A DNA stretch of 63,973 nucleotides, filler included, from Anaerolineae bacterium (GTDB taxonomy: Bacteria > Chloroflexota > Anaerolineae > Epilineales > Epilineaceae): the NCBI GenBank assembly GCA_029262755.1. It is 8 parts of 8 records of this genome, joined end to end, with 100 filler letters (N's around TTAATTAATTAA, not from the genome) between each part and the next. Parts side by side here need not be neighbours in the genome. Positions count along the whole stretch, not along the records: positions 1 to 13,863 come from JAJCYU010000370.1; positions 13,964 to 18,209 come from JAJCYU010000372.1; positions 18,310 to 22,917 come from JAJCYU010000374.1; 5 more parts are not named here. One strand, written 5' to 3'. A model generated the notes under the pieces. The model searched no databases, was not told the DNA's origin, and worked only from the letters and a program-made list of their open reading frames with translations. The translations under genes and the position numbers were made by a program. This document shows, one piece after another, positions 10,300-19,468 of this stretch (position 1 is the first letter of the stretch; each line of letters begins with the position of its first letter).

Positions 10300-11279
10300 G
10301 CCACGTGATCAGCTACCTGGAGGCCATCCGCGAGGCGATGCGTCAGGCTATGCGCGACGACGAGCGTGTCTTCCTGATCGGCGAGGACATCGCGACCTAC
10401 GGCGGCGTCTACAAGGTCACCGACGGATTCTTGGACGAGTTCGGCCCGCGCCGGGTGATCGACACGCCCATCGCGGAGAACGCGATCATCGGCGCCGCAA
10501 CCGGCGCCGCGCTGGTCGGGATGCGCCCTATCGCGGAGATCCAATTCGCCGATTTCATCGCCAGCGGCTTCGATCCGCTGGTCAACATGACCTCCACGAT
10601 CCATTACCGCTGGGGCCAGCCGGTCCCGCTTGTCGTACGCGCGCCGGCGGGCGCGACATGGGCCAGCGCCGGCCCCTTCCACTCGCAGAGCCCCGAAGCC
10701 TGGTTCGCCCAGGTGCCCGGCCTCAAGGTGGTCATGCCCGCCACGCCGGCCGATGCCAAGGGCCTGCTCACGGCAGCCATCCGCGATCCGAATCCGGTGA
10801 TCTTCCTCGAGCAGAAGTACCTCTATCGCCGCCTGAAGGGCGAGGTGCCCGAAGGCGAGCACGTCGTGCCGCTCGGCGTAGCCCGCATCGCCCGTGCCGG
10901 CACCGACGCCACGGTGATCGCATACGGCACGATGGCGCACAAAGCCGAGCTCGCCGCTCAGCTGCTCGCCGATGAGGACGACATCGCGATCGAGGTCGTC
11001 GACCTGCGCACGATCGTCCCGTGGGACCGCGCGGCCGTCCTGGCCTCCGTGGCCAAGACGGGTCGCGCGCTCGTGGTATACGAAGCTCACCGCACGGCCG
11101 GCTTCGGCGCGGAGATCTGCGCCACCATCGCCGAAGAGGCCTTCGCGCAGCTCGACGCACCCGTCGGCCGCCTCGCCGGCCTCGACACCCCGGTGCCCGC
11201 GCATCCAGCGATGGAAGCCGAGTACCTGCCCGACGAGCACAAGATCGCCGCGGCGCTGCGCGAGCTGGTGGCGTTCTAG
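10296..11279 (+). CDS. 2-oxoacid dehydrogenase E1 subunit beta
   Basis: GEDIATYGG, DTPIAE, EIQFADF, GPFHSQSPE and VVDLRT motifs. Confidence 0.95.
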   Translation: MSHVISYLEAIREAMRQAMRDDERVFLIGEDIATYGGVYKVTDGFLDEFGPRRVIDTPIAENAIIGAATGAALVGMRPIAEIQFADFIASGFDPLVNMTSTIHYRWGQPVPLVVRAPAGATWASAGPFHSQSPEAWFAQVPGLKVVMPATPADAKGLLTAAIRDPNPVIFLEQKYLYRRLKGEVPEGEHVVPLGVARIARAGTDATVIAYGTMAHKAELAAQLLADEDDIAIEVVDLRTIVPWDRAAVLASVAKTGRALVVYEAHRTAGFGAEICATIAEEAFAQLDAPVGRLAGLDTPVPAHPAMEAEYLPDEHKIAAALRELVAF

Positions 11280-11382
11280 GGACGTCGCGCCCTTAGGGTC
11301 GGTGGCTCGCTAGGCGTTCCCAAAGAATCTTCCGATCGCCCCGCTGCCCTCGCAACCCTACGCTGCCCCGGCGACCCCCGCG

Positions 11383-12564
11383 CTACCCAGCCCCGTCCGC
11401 CGCCAGTCCCATCTCGGTGCGCAGCGAGGCGACCGCGCGTAGCACGCGTTCCTCGCCGCTCGCCGCGCCGCTCGCCTCGGCGGCCGCGAGGTCGTGGGCG
11501 GCGCCGGCGGCGTCGTCGACGCGCCAGCGGACTTGGGCGCGCAGGAGGCGCAGACCGGGGTCCGTCGGGCGCAGCGCCAGGGCTTGATCCAGGTGCGGGA
11601 GGGAGAGGCGCGGACGGCCGTGCTCCAACTCGGCGTTGGCCATGCCCTCCAGGGCGATCGCGCGTAGGTGCGGCTCGCCGGCGCGGGCGAGGCCCTCGCC
11701 GTAGAGATCGAGCGCCCGGTCCTGCCGACCGCGGCCGCGCTCGAAGCGCGCCCAGTTGAGGAACGGGGCGGCGTGATCGGGGAACGCCGACACCGCATCG
11801 CGGAAGGCGGCTTCGGCCAGCTTGATCTCGCCGAGGCGTGCGTATTCCACGGCCAAGGCGTTCATCGAGTCGACGTCGCCGACCTGCGTGATGCGTTGCA
11901 TGCGCTCCGCGAGCGCCGCGGGGGCATAGCGGGCGAGCAGGGCGCGGCGAACGGCGGGCGTGCGTTCCGCAGCCCACCAGACGGCGAGGAAGGCGGCATG
12001 GACCACCAGGGTGCCGATGGCCCATGGCCGCAAGCTTGCCGCGCCCGTCGGCAGGTCCGCACGGCCGAGCAACGAGCCGTAGATCTGCGGCCAGTCGCCA
12101 AAGCCCGCCAAGAGGCTGAAGGCCGGGTAGAAGATCAGACCGTAGAAGAGCTGTAGGCGGCCGAAGGCGAGCATCCAATAGCGCCACGCCCGTCCGCGCA
12201 CCAGCCACACCGCGGCGATGGCGACGAGGCCGAGCAGCACGCTGACCGCGTTGCCCGCCAGGCTGATCCACCAATCTTGCAGCGCGGAGAAGCTTCCGCG
12301 TGGGATGATGTAGCCCCAGAAGACGTACCAGCGGAAGACTGCGACCTGTCCACCGACCTGCCAGGTGGCGGCCGCGTGCCCCAACTCGTGCAGCAGCACG
12401 CCCAGGGGGATCAGCAAGAAAAAGGCGCCGCGATCCAGGGCGGCGCGATCCGACGCGGTCAGGTTCTCGTCGAAGAGCGTCGCGCGTTGTTGCCAGAATC
12501 GCCGCAATGTCTGGATGCTGATCCAGGTGTACCAGAGCGAGAGCAGCGTGAAGACCATTCCCAT
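11383..12564 (-). CDS. M50-like membrane zinc metallopeptidase with C-terminal TPR repeats
   Basis: LLHELGH, ISLAG and GDW motifs in TM context; Ala-rich TPR-like helices at the C-terminus. Confidence 0.8.
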   Translation of the reverse strand: MGMVFTLLSLWYTWISIQTLRRFWQQRATLFDENLTASDRAALDRGAFFLLIPLGVLLHELGHAAATWQVGGQVAVFRWYVFWGYIIPRGSFSALQDWWISLAGNAVSVLLGLVAIAAVWLVRGRAWRYWMLAFGRLQLFYGLIFYPAFSLLAGFGDWPQIYGSLLGRADLPTGAASLRPWAIGTLVVHAAFLAVWWAAERTPAVRRALLARYAPAALAERMQRITQVGDVDSMNALAVEYARLGEIKLAEAAFRDAVSAFPDHAAPFLNWARFERGRGRQDRALDLYGEGLARAGEPHLRAIALEGMANAELEHGRPRLSLPHLDQALALRPTDPGLRLLRAQVRWRVDDAAGAAHDLAAAEASGAASGEERVLRAVASLRTEMGLAADGAG

Positions 12565-12654
12565 GCGTGGTATTGTAGCCGCCGCTCGCGCCCCTCCATC
12601 CTTTGTGTCGCGATCCACGTTCTTCTCGCCCCATCGACCTACGTGAGGCCCCCC

Positions 12655-13488
12655 TTGACCGGTACCGCAGATCCGGACCGCGACGATCGCGGGTACTTGA
12701 TGACCCAGCAGTACCGCGACGGCCGCAACCTCGATGCGCGCATCGCGTTGCACGAGCGTTTCGGGGAGCAACCGGAACCGTGGCACCCGTGGCTGCTCGC
12801 CCGCGCCCGCCGTGCTCTGCCGCGTGCGACGGCCCGCGTGCTCGACCTCGGTTGTGGTACGGGCCGGCTGTGGTCCGCCACGAGTTGGCGCGTCCCAAGC
12901 GCATGGCGGATCACGCTCGCCGACCTGTCCGCGGGCATGCTCGCCGAGGCCCGCGCGGCAGCCGAGGCGGCCGGCGTCCGCATCGAACGCGCCGCTCAGG
13001 CCGACGCGGCCAATCTGCCGTTCGCGGACGGTGCCTTCGACCTCGTGCTCGCCAACCACATGCTCTACCACGTGCCGAACGGAGACCGCCCGCGCGCCGT
13101 CGCCGAGATCCGGCGCGTCCTGTCGCCTGGCGGCGCGTTGGTTGCAGCGACAAACGGACGCGCGCATATGGACGAGCTGATCGCCTTGGTGCGCACGACG
13201 AGCGGGCGCGAGGACGTCGGCTCCACGCTCAGCGGCGACAGCTTCCTGCTGGAGACCGCGCGCGACCAGCTCGCATCGTCCTTTCCGAACGTGGCGATCG
13301 AACGCTATCCCTCAACACTGGTCGTCGACGAGGTCGAGCCGCTTGTGTCCTACGCGCTGTCGGTCGGCACGTGGGCCGAAGCGCTCGCCGGACGCGAGGA
13401 CCGGCTGCGCGAAGCGGTCGCCGCACAGATCGCGGCCAACGGTGCCGTGCGTATCACGAAGGACAGCGGCGTGGCGGTGGGGACGTGA
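12655..13488 (+). CDS. Class I SAM-dependent methyltransferase
   Basis: VLDLGCGTG, DLSAGM, LPFADGAFDLVLANHMLYHVP and VLSPGG motifs; start is TTG 12655 or ATG 12700. Confidence 0.92.
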   Translation: MTGTADPDRDDRGYLMTQQYRDGRNLDARIALHERFGEQPEPWHPWLLARARRALPRATARVLDLGCGTGRLWSATSWRVPSAWRITLADLSAGMLAEARAAAEAAGVRIERAAQADAANLPFADGAFDLVLANHMLYHVPNGDRPRAVAEIRRVLSPGGALVAATNGRAHMDELIALVRTTSGREDVGSTLSGDSFLLETARDQLASSFPNVAIERYPSTLVVDEVEPLVSYALSVGTWAEALAGREDRLREAVAAQIAANGAVRITKDSGVAVGT

Positions 13489-13805
13489 CGGCGATGGGGA
13501 TGATAGTGACCGGCGCGCCCGGCCAAGATTGGGGCGATCCCGTTCGCCCTCGCACGAACGATCCCACGCATGTTCCGCGGCGATCGCATGACCGGTCGGT
13601 ACGGATGGATCGCAGCATAGAATCGCAGCTAGCCCCGGACGTCGAGACCCGCCCCCGAGAGCTCGCCGCACACCTGGACCTCCAGCTCGTACTCGGTCGC
13701 CGAACCCCGACTGGTCTGCGCAACCGATTACTCGGCCTTAGGATCGAGGAGAACGCGAAGTCCATGGACCAATACGCCAGCCCCATCGACGTGGAGCGCG
13801 CCTAA
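13485..13805 (+). CDS. Small hypothetical ORF overlapping both neighbours
   Basis: GTGA overlap with the methyltransferase stop and TAATG overlap with the argC start; alternative ATG at 13605; no family recognised. Confidence 0.35.
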   Translation: MTAMGMIVTGAPGQDWGDPVRPRTNDPTHVPRRSHDRSVRMDRSIESQLAPDVETRPRELAAHLDLQLVLGRRTPTGLRNRLLGLRIEENAKSMDQYASPIDVERA

Positions 13806-13863
13806 TGCAATCGCCCCTCCGTGCCGGCATCTACGGAGCCACCGGCTACACCGGCGTCGAGCT
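13805..13863 (+). CDS. argC: N-acetyl-gamma-glutamyl-phosphate reductase (ArgC/LysY family), 5' fragment truncated by the contig end
   Basis: Hand translation MQSPLRAGIYGATGYTGVE; the GATGYTG Rossmann motif is typical of ArgC. Confidence 0.75.
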
Positions 13864-13963
13864 NNNNNNNNNNNNNNNNNNNNNNNNNNNNNNNNNNNNN
13901 NNNNNNNTTAATTAATTAANNNNNNNNNNNNNNNNNNNNNNNNNNNNNNNNNNNNNNNNNNNN
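13864..13963. other. Artificial contig spacer (N44-TTAATTAATTAA-N44)
   Basis: Identical spacers at 18210-18309, 22918-23017, 43430-43529, 54551-54650, 58135-58234 and 61037-61136; the linker has stops in all six frames. Confidence 0.99.
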
Positions 13964-14371
13964 TCTTAGTACTAATGTATCGTCTCCCTTTTTTACTTCG
14001 TAAGCAATGATGGCTGTCTTGCCCTCGTAAGAAATCTTTGAACCAGTAATTTCAACCTTATCCTTCATCTCAATCTTCGTGTCCTGGTTTTCAATGTACC
14101 ATCCCGGTCCTAAGTGAACAGTCACAGTTTCTTCGTCGGTCCTCACAGTTAGATGTATACCGTAAAACCCTTCATTCCCTCGAATAATCTCGTCTACGCT
14201 GATAACCTCTCCACTGATTTTTTCTGCTGTTTCCGGGTTATACATCCTACAACACTGATCTCCACGTCCCCATCCTCCTCCCCAGCCCCTTCCTCGCTGA
14301 GCAAAAGAATCAACTGTGAAAAAAATGTTTGAAACAAAAATCATTACTATTAACGTTGTTATGTATCTCAT
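13964..14371 (-). CDS. Secreted OB-fold protein (MamS/MamX C-terminal-like, HLGP motif), 3' truncated
   Basis: AAGGAG SD; signal peptide; YNPETAEKISGEV...GIHLTV...VHLGPGWY...VEITGSK...LVLR. Confidence 0.75.
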
Positions 14372-14946
14372 TTTTTCTCCTTTCTTGTAAGTTAGCCAAC
14401 CCAATTTTAGATATAGAAAATATTGAATTTCTAAAAACCTACCTTGCACGCACTCTTTTACTTAATTATACAACATGAGTTGCCATAGTATATATGAATT
14501 AAAACAAATCATTATTACAATTTATAGTAATAAAGAAGGTTCAGAAATAGTAACAACCAGAAAGTTATTTGCTGACTAGTAGTACAAGACTAGGCGCATA
14601 AACGTCTCGCCTTTTTTTGTAAGTGATGATTGAACAGAATGAGCCCTTGCCAAGACTTAGTTTTCTTTTGATATGACAGGGATTTGAAACACTATTGGTA
14701 ATTCTGTTTCAAATTCCTCGATGTTACAAAATAGGGTATTCTGTCTCAGAATGGCCTGTTTTCATACTTGTTCCTCGCAAATATTCATCTCATACTAATT
14801 TTAACAGTAATTTGTCAGCACGGGATTGTTTTGCTTACTTTTTCTTGGCTTTTAGGGGATGAATTTTATTAGTATATAACAAGAGTGAAGGGTAGGTAAA
14901 TACTGGGAAAAATCAAAATCTCCCATTCCCACATCGAAATAGACTG

Positions 14947-15110
14947 ATTGTCAAGTAAGCAAATCAAAACAGGGAGTAAATCATCCTCCCCATTTTGGCC
15001 TTAAACCTAAACAAACCAAACCAGTAGGAACTAAACCTAAGAACTCTCATCCTTCTTCTTTCTGTTCGACAAGCAAGGGGTCACTGGTTCGAGTCCAGTA
15101 TCGCCCATAT
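14947..15110 (+). repeat. att-like direct repeat, copy 1 (conserved arm plus 3' half of tRNA-Val)
   Basis: Aligns by eye with 16947-17120 (ATTGTCAAGTAAGCAAATCAAAACAGG...CCTTAAACCTAAACAAACCAAACCAGT...TCGACAAGCAAGGGGTCACTGGTTCGAG.CCAGTATC.CCCATAT). Confidence 0.9.
15066..15107 (+). tRNA. 3' half of tRNA-Val(GAC), non-functional fragment
   Basis: Anticodon loop TC-GAC-AA, GCAAG, variable loop GGGTC, T-arm ACTGG-TTCGAGT-CCAGT, acceptor ATCGCCC-A; no D-arm or 5' acceptor strand upstream. Confidence 0.85.
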
Positions 15111-15991
15111 ATACAACGACTTACGTCAACCCGAGCTACTTGCCTTGCACACAAGTGGTCTTACGCCTATATCAAACCTTACAAGCTGTTGTAAAACAGG
15201 TAGTTATTAATACCTTTCTGATGGGTAGTGTGACAAAATTGTGACACAAATCTTTTTTTCTTCCGAATTTACGACTAAAAATTGTCAATGAAGTTGATAC
15301 ATATAAATTATTAAGCCTGAATAAGTTATAAAGCCTTTTTCAAGACCGCAAATAAAAAGTTGTTAAGGTCTGATAAGGTTACGATATGTGGTGTTATTCC
15401 TTTAGAAATACAGGTTCATAATGTTACGGACTTTTAGGAGGTAAAAAGTTTATTTATTTTAGCCCTTGCTAATTGATATTTAACGTTTATGCTTCATTAT
15501 AGTAAATGTGTATATCTGCTTATGGTAAGTCTAAGTTGTATCTTATCAACTTCTACTTCTATGCGGTATATTTTTTCTATAAGGAGCAGTGCGAGTCTAT
15601 AAACCCCTCTTATAACTTCCTTACATTCCTTTACAGACATATATTTTCGAATGGGGTAAATTTTGTGTTTTGTTATACGTATAGGGCTACCTATTTGTCT
15701 CAGTAACACAAGAGTATACTCAGTTAAAACTCAACAAAGACGCCTTTCTCAATATCCCTCTTAGGAATATTTCTTTTAAGCCGATTGAGCAGGAACCTTC
15801 TTTTTTATGGAAGAGACTGTTTTGATGTCTATCATTGAGCCTATCCACTAGATCGCCAGTAACTGGACCGTGCAATGTAGAAGAGTAGTTTATAAGACTA
15901 TGTCTACTTATTCGGTTTGTAAAGTTACTATAAAACTTTTCAATCCTCGACTACATAGTAATCAGAAAATAAAGAAAAGAATTCCGCTAGC

Positions 15992-16190
15992 ATGACCGTT
16001 GTTCTTACTGTAGAGGAGGATAAAATCAACTTTTATTTTATGAGAAAGAATTAGCCCTCGAAGTCTATGAAGTCATAACAGCAGCTAATGGAATGGAGGC
16101 CTTAGATAAAGTCCATGAGCCGCATCGTCAGTTTTAGACCTGAAGATGTAACACAAAGTTTGGAAGACTATCTATGTGAGCCTATTGAAA
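15992..16190 (+). pseudogene. Degenerate response-regulator receiver domain
   Basis: Frameshifted segments MTVVLTVEEDK / NQLLFYEKELALEVYEVITAANGMEALDKVHE / VLDLKM* / EDYLCEPIE match the REC beta1-alpha1-beta2-alpha2-beta3 pattern. Confidence 0.75.
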
Positions 16191-16332
16191 CACGTAGGGG
16201 TCGAAATTAACCAGAATTTCAGAGAAACCCTATGTCCGCTCAGTGCATTTGCTCAAGGCAAGATGTGTGTTGTGCGTGCTTAGAATTTTAAGGAGATTTT
16301 TAATGTTAACTATTTTTAGGAGGTATTTAGTA

Positions 16333-16761
16333 ATGGTAAAAGATTTAGTAGAGGAACAAACGGTTTTTAAAACGAAAACTATCAAGGAAAACAACGTCAG
16401 CAAAAAACCGGTTGACACAGAATCACGGCCGGTGAAAGAGACAATAGGGAATGGCGGGATAAGAAAAGAGTATCTTAATGATACGAATTTATGCAGGGTT
16501 ACGTTTAAACTTCCAAAAGAAGCTACCAACAGATCGGAGAGTATATGTGTCGTAGGTGAGTTTAATAATTGGGATATCAGCGCAAATCCAATGACAAAAA
16601 CAAAAAACGAAGACTGGACAACCAAGCTTGATCTTGAGAGAGGAAAGGAATACCAATTTCGTTATCTCATAGATGAATCGAGATGGGAAAATGACTGGGA
16701 TGCTGACAGATATGTTAAGAGTTGTTATAGTGACTGTGACAATTCAATGGTTGTAACTTAA
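16333..16761 (+). CDS. Glycogen-binding (CBM48/AMPK-beta-like, isoamylase early-set) domain protein
   Basis: AGGAGGT SD; CRVTFKLP...VVGEFNNW...YQFRYLID...WENDWDAD...DNSMV. Confidence 0.9.
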   Translation: MVKDLVEEQTVFKTKTIKENNVSKKPVDTESRPVKETIGNGGIRKEYLNDTNLCRVTFKLPKEATNRSESICVVGEFNNWDISANPMTKTKNEDWTTKLDLERGKEYQFRYLIDESRWENDWDADRYVKSCYSDCDNSMVVT

Positions 16762-16825
16762 GGATAATTTACTCTATTCTTGTTTTCCATACAAGAAAAA
16801 GAATTGGTGAGAAAGATGAAAAAAG

Positions 16826-16855
16826 GGAGTGCAGGGGGTTTTCCCCCTGCGCTCC
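16826..16855. terminator. GC-rich hairpin downstream of the CBM48 gene
   Basis: GGAGTGCAGGGGG-TTTT-CCCCCTGCGCTCC, preceded by an A-tract. Confidence 0.55.
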
Positions 16856-16946
16856 ACGATTAACACTTTTCTCGTATTAAAGAAGACAAGGGGGGTCAAA
16901 TCTCCCCTTGACTGCATTAGGACAACTAGTCTTCGACTGTCAAGTA

Positions 16947-17120
16947 ATTGTCAAGTAAGCAAATCAAAACAGGTCAAAACAGGGAGTAAATCACACTCCC
17001 CATTCTAGCCTTAAACCTAAACAAACCAAACCAGTTAGAACTAAACCGTAAAACTCTACTTCTTCTTTTCCTTGCTCGACAAGCAAGGGGTCACTGGTTC
17101 GAGCCCAGTATCTCCCATAT
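16947..17120 (+). repeat. att-like direct repeat, copy 2 (conserved arm plus 3' half of tRNA-Val)
   Basis: Second copy of 14947-15110 with a 10-nt TCAAAACAGG duplication and scattered substitutions. Confidence 0.9.
17071..17117 (+). tRNA. 3' half of tRNA-Val(GAC), non-functional fragment
   Basis: Complete anticodon stem-loop CTTGC-TCGACAA-GCAAG, T-arm ACTGG-TTCGAGC-CCAGT, acceptor ATCTCCC-A; 5' half absent. Confidence 0.85.
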
Positions 17121-17501
17121 TGTCAGATAAGAAGTTATGATAAGTGGTAGGTGATAAAATCCTGAAAGGTGTGACCATTTTGTGGCCAAAAGTATTAAGG
17201 GGTATAGTGAGCATATTACCATGCTCCTTTTTTTAACTCTCTTCTTCACTCCAACTACATATAAAACTTCCACATATGAAGAGTAATCAGGTGGTGAATC
17301 TAAGGTGTCAAAGCCTATCTTTTCTTTTGGTTTAGGCCAGTTGGAGTGAGTATTATTGTTCCTCGTTCTAGAAGGCGAAAGGGTTACCCATTAGCTGCAT
17401 TACCCTATCTCTAGTCAATTCAGCACAATGATATTTATATAGAATTGGTGCTCTTGTTCACGGACGACCAGTCAAGATGCGACACCGACCTGCGCCTTCC
17501 T

Positions 17502-18209
17502 TTATCTAATGAACCCTATTCTCGGTAGTTCGCGTAGGATGAAATCTTCAAATTTTATGTTTGTTTTAGCCAGTGAATAAACAATTCTGTTTATCCGGCA
17601 GAAGCGACTCAGACGCTGGTTATGCTCTTCCATGGCAGCTTTGTATTTTTTACGGTTTGCTTCTGAAAAATTAATATTCATCTTTTTGTTTGTTTCAACA
17701 TCTACCACCTGGTTCTTGTTTCCTTTGCCAAAAGGGTCAAGCTCAGTTTCCCCCAGGATTTGTATAACCTTGATATCAAAATTCTTGAATCTTAAGTAAT
17801 TGAGCGCCCTGGTATAGATTTCCGGCTTCCTCATAATGTCTGATATTACAACGACCGTACCTCTTCTCCCTTTTACTTCATAGATATACATTGAAATATA
17901 ATTAACAAAGTCTAATTCACCTCGTGGTATAACATTCTTTAAAAAATCCGCTATCGCAAATATATTCTCTTTTTGCTGGAAGAAAGGAGTTCTGTCTTTA
18001 GAAATCTTATCTGTGTTGACCATTGTTGCCAGTCTCACACTGTTCTTACTTGATAATGCAATATAGCTCAGGGCGATTACCAGGTCTTTTGCATAATCAA
18101 ATTTCTTGTCTTCTTCAGGATACAACATAGACCTGCTTACATCGAATAATATGTGAACGGATAATTCCTCTTCTTCCTTGAAGGTTTTTACTAGTAGTTT
18201 GTCAAGACG
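17502..18209 (-). CDS. DUF58 domain protein (MoxR/vWA-associated), 5' truncated
   Basis: Frame is open to the contig end: RLDKLLVKTFKEEEELSVHILFDVSRSM...KFDYAK...VVVISD...ELDP. Confidence 0.88.
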   Translation of the reverse strand, partial: RLDKLLVKTFKEEEELSVHILFDVSRSMLYPEEDKKFDYAKDLVIALSYIALSSKNSVRLATMVNTDKISKDRTPFFQQKENIFAIADFLKNVIPRGELDFVNYISMYIYEVKGRRGTVVVISDIMRKPEIYTRALNYLRFKNFDIKVIQILGETELDPFGKGNKNQVVDVETNKKMNINFSEANRKKYKAAMEEHNQRLSRFCRINRIVYSLAKTNIKFEDFILRELPRIGFIR

Positions 18210-18309
18210 NNNNNNNNNNNNNNNNNNNNNNNNNNNNNNNNNNNNNNNNNNNNTTAATTAATTAANNNNNNNNNNNNNNNNNNNNNNNNNNNNNNNNNNN
18301 NNNNNNNNN

Positions 18310-19403
18310 TCACGCTCGCCGCGCGCGACGCCGGCCGCCGCTTCGGCGTCCAGCTGACCTTCTTCCGCAGCGCCCTCGAGCCCGACCCCGACCCGCGCGA
18401 CTCGGCCTGGGGCAGCGGCCAGGCCTACCTCGCCCACTTCACGGTGAGCGATGTCGCGGACGGCCGCTTCCACTCCGCCGAGCGCCTGGCCCGCGGCGGC
18501 GCCGGCCTCGCGGGCGCCGAGATCACGGCCGCCCTCGCCGGCCCCCGCGTCTGGCTCGAGTCCTGGTCGGCGACCGGTGTCGGCAGGCCCGACCCCGATG
18601 CCTCCGACGCCGACGTCCTGCGCGACATCGCCGGCGTCACGCTCGACGCCGGCGGCACCGGCTTCGCGGACCCGCGCGTCGCGCTCTCGCTCGACGCCGA
18701 CCCCGCTGCGGCTGCCGCCACCCGGCTCACGCGCCCGCCCGTCCGGCTGCGCGCCGCGGACGGCCCCGTCGCGATCGACCTCACCGTCACGCCGGCCAAG
18801 CCCGCCGCCCTGCACGGCGACGCGGGCTACAGCGTGAAGGGCGACGCGCCGGGCAATGCGTCGTTCTACTACTCGTGGAGCCGTCTCGAAGCGAGCGGCA
18901 CGATCACCACGGCCGACGGCGCGTTCCCGGTTGCGGGCGCGGCCTGGATGGATCACGAATGGTCGACAAGCGCCCTGGCCGAAGGTCAACGCGGGTGGGA
19001 CTGGTTCTCGCTCCAACTCGACGACGACACGGAGCTGATGGCCTTCCAGATCCGCGAACAGGACGGCGGCATCGCCCCCCGCTCCAGCGGCAGCATCATC
19101 GACCCCGCCGGCGCCGTAAAGGGCCTGTCAGCCACCGACTTCGCGATCACCGTGCTCGACACGTGGACGAGCCCCCGCACGGGCGGCATCTACCCCTCCG
19201 GCTGGCGCCTCGTCGCACCCGACCACGACCTCGACCTCACGATCCGCCCCCTGCTGGCCGACCAGGAGCTTGCCGTGTCCTTCCGCTACTGGGAAGGCGC
19301 CGTCGAGGTCGAGGGCAGCTCCGCCGGCCGCCAAGTCAGCGGCTACGGCTACGTCGAGATGACCGGTTACGCCCCGACGGAAGGCGCGGGGCCGGGGTTG
19401 TAG
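18310..19403 (+). CDS. AttH/CrtC-like lipocalin-fold secreted protein, 5' truncated
   Basis: GRRFGVQLTFFR, YLAHFTVSD, SFYYSW, WMDHEWS, GWDWFSLQL, YPSGW, YWEG and GYVEMTGY motifs. Confidence 0.92.
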
Positions 19404-19468
19404 GGGAGGGAAGGGTGCGGGACAGTGACGAAGGGGATAGCCATCGCGACGAAGGAGGACGTGCTCGC

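Noticed and set aside
13908..13919. Recurring TTAATTAATTAA palindrome (7 copies)
   Set aside because: Always centred in N-runs; it is an artificial six-frame-stop contig linker, not biology
13964..14371. Magnetosome island
   Set aside because: A single OB-fold gene without magnetochrome motifs or other mam genes
15497..15900. Short ORFs 15497-15709 (-) and 15506-15706 (+) and adjacent frames
   Set aside because: No recognisable motif or SD; probably decayed DNA within the islet
15066..17117. Two functional tRNA-Val genes or a split/permuted tRNA
   Set aside because: Both copies are 3' halves; no 5' acceptor strand or D-arm was found nearby, which fits att duplication better
18310..19403. 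Carotenoid biosynthesis gene crtC
   Set aside because: The fold family is shared, but no crt genes are nearby; the generic AttH-like call is safer
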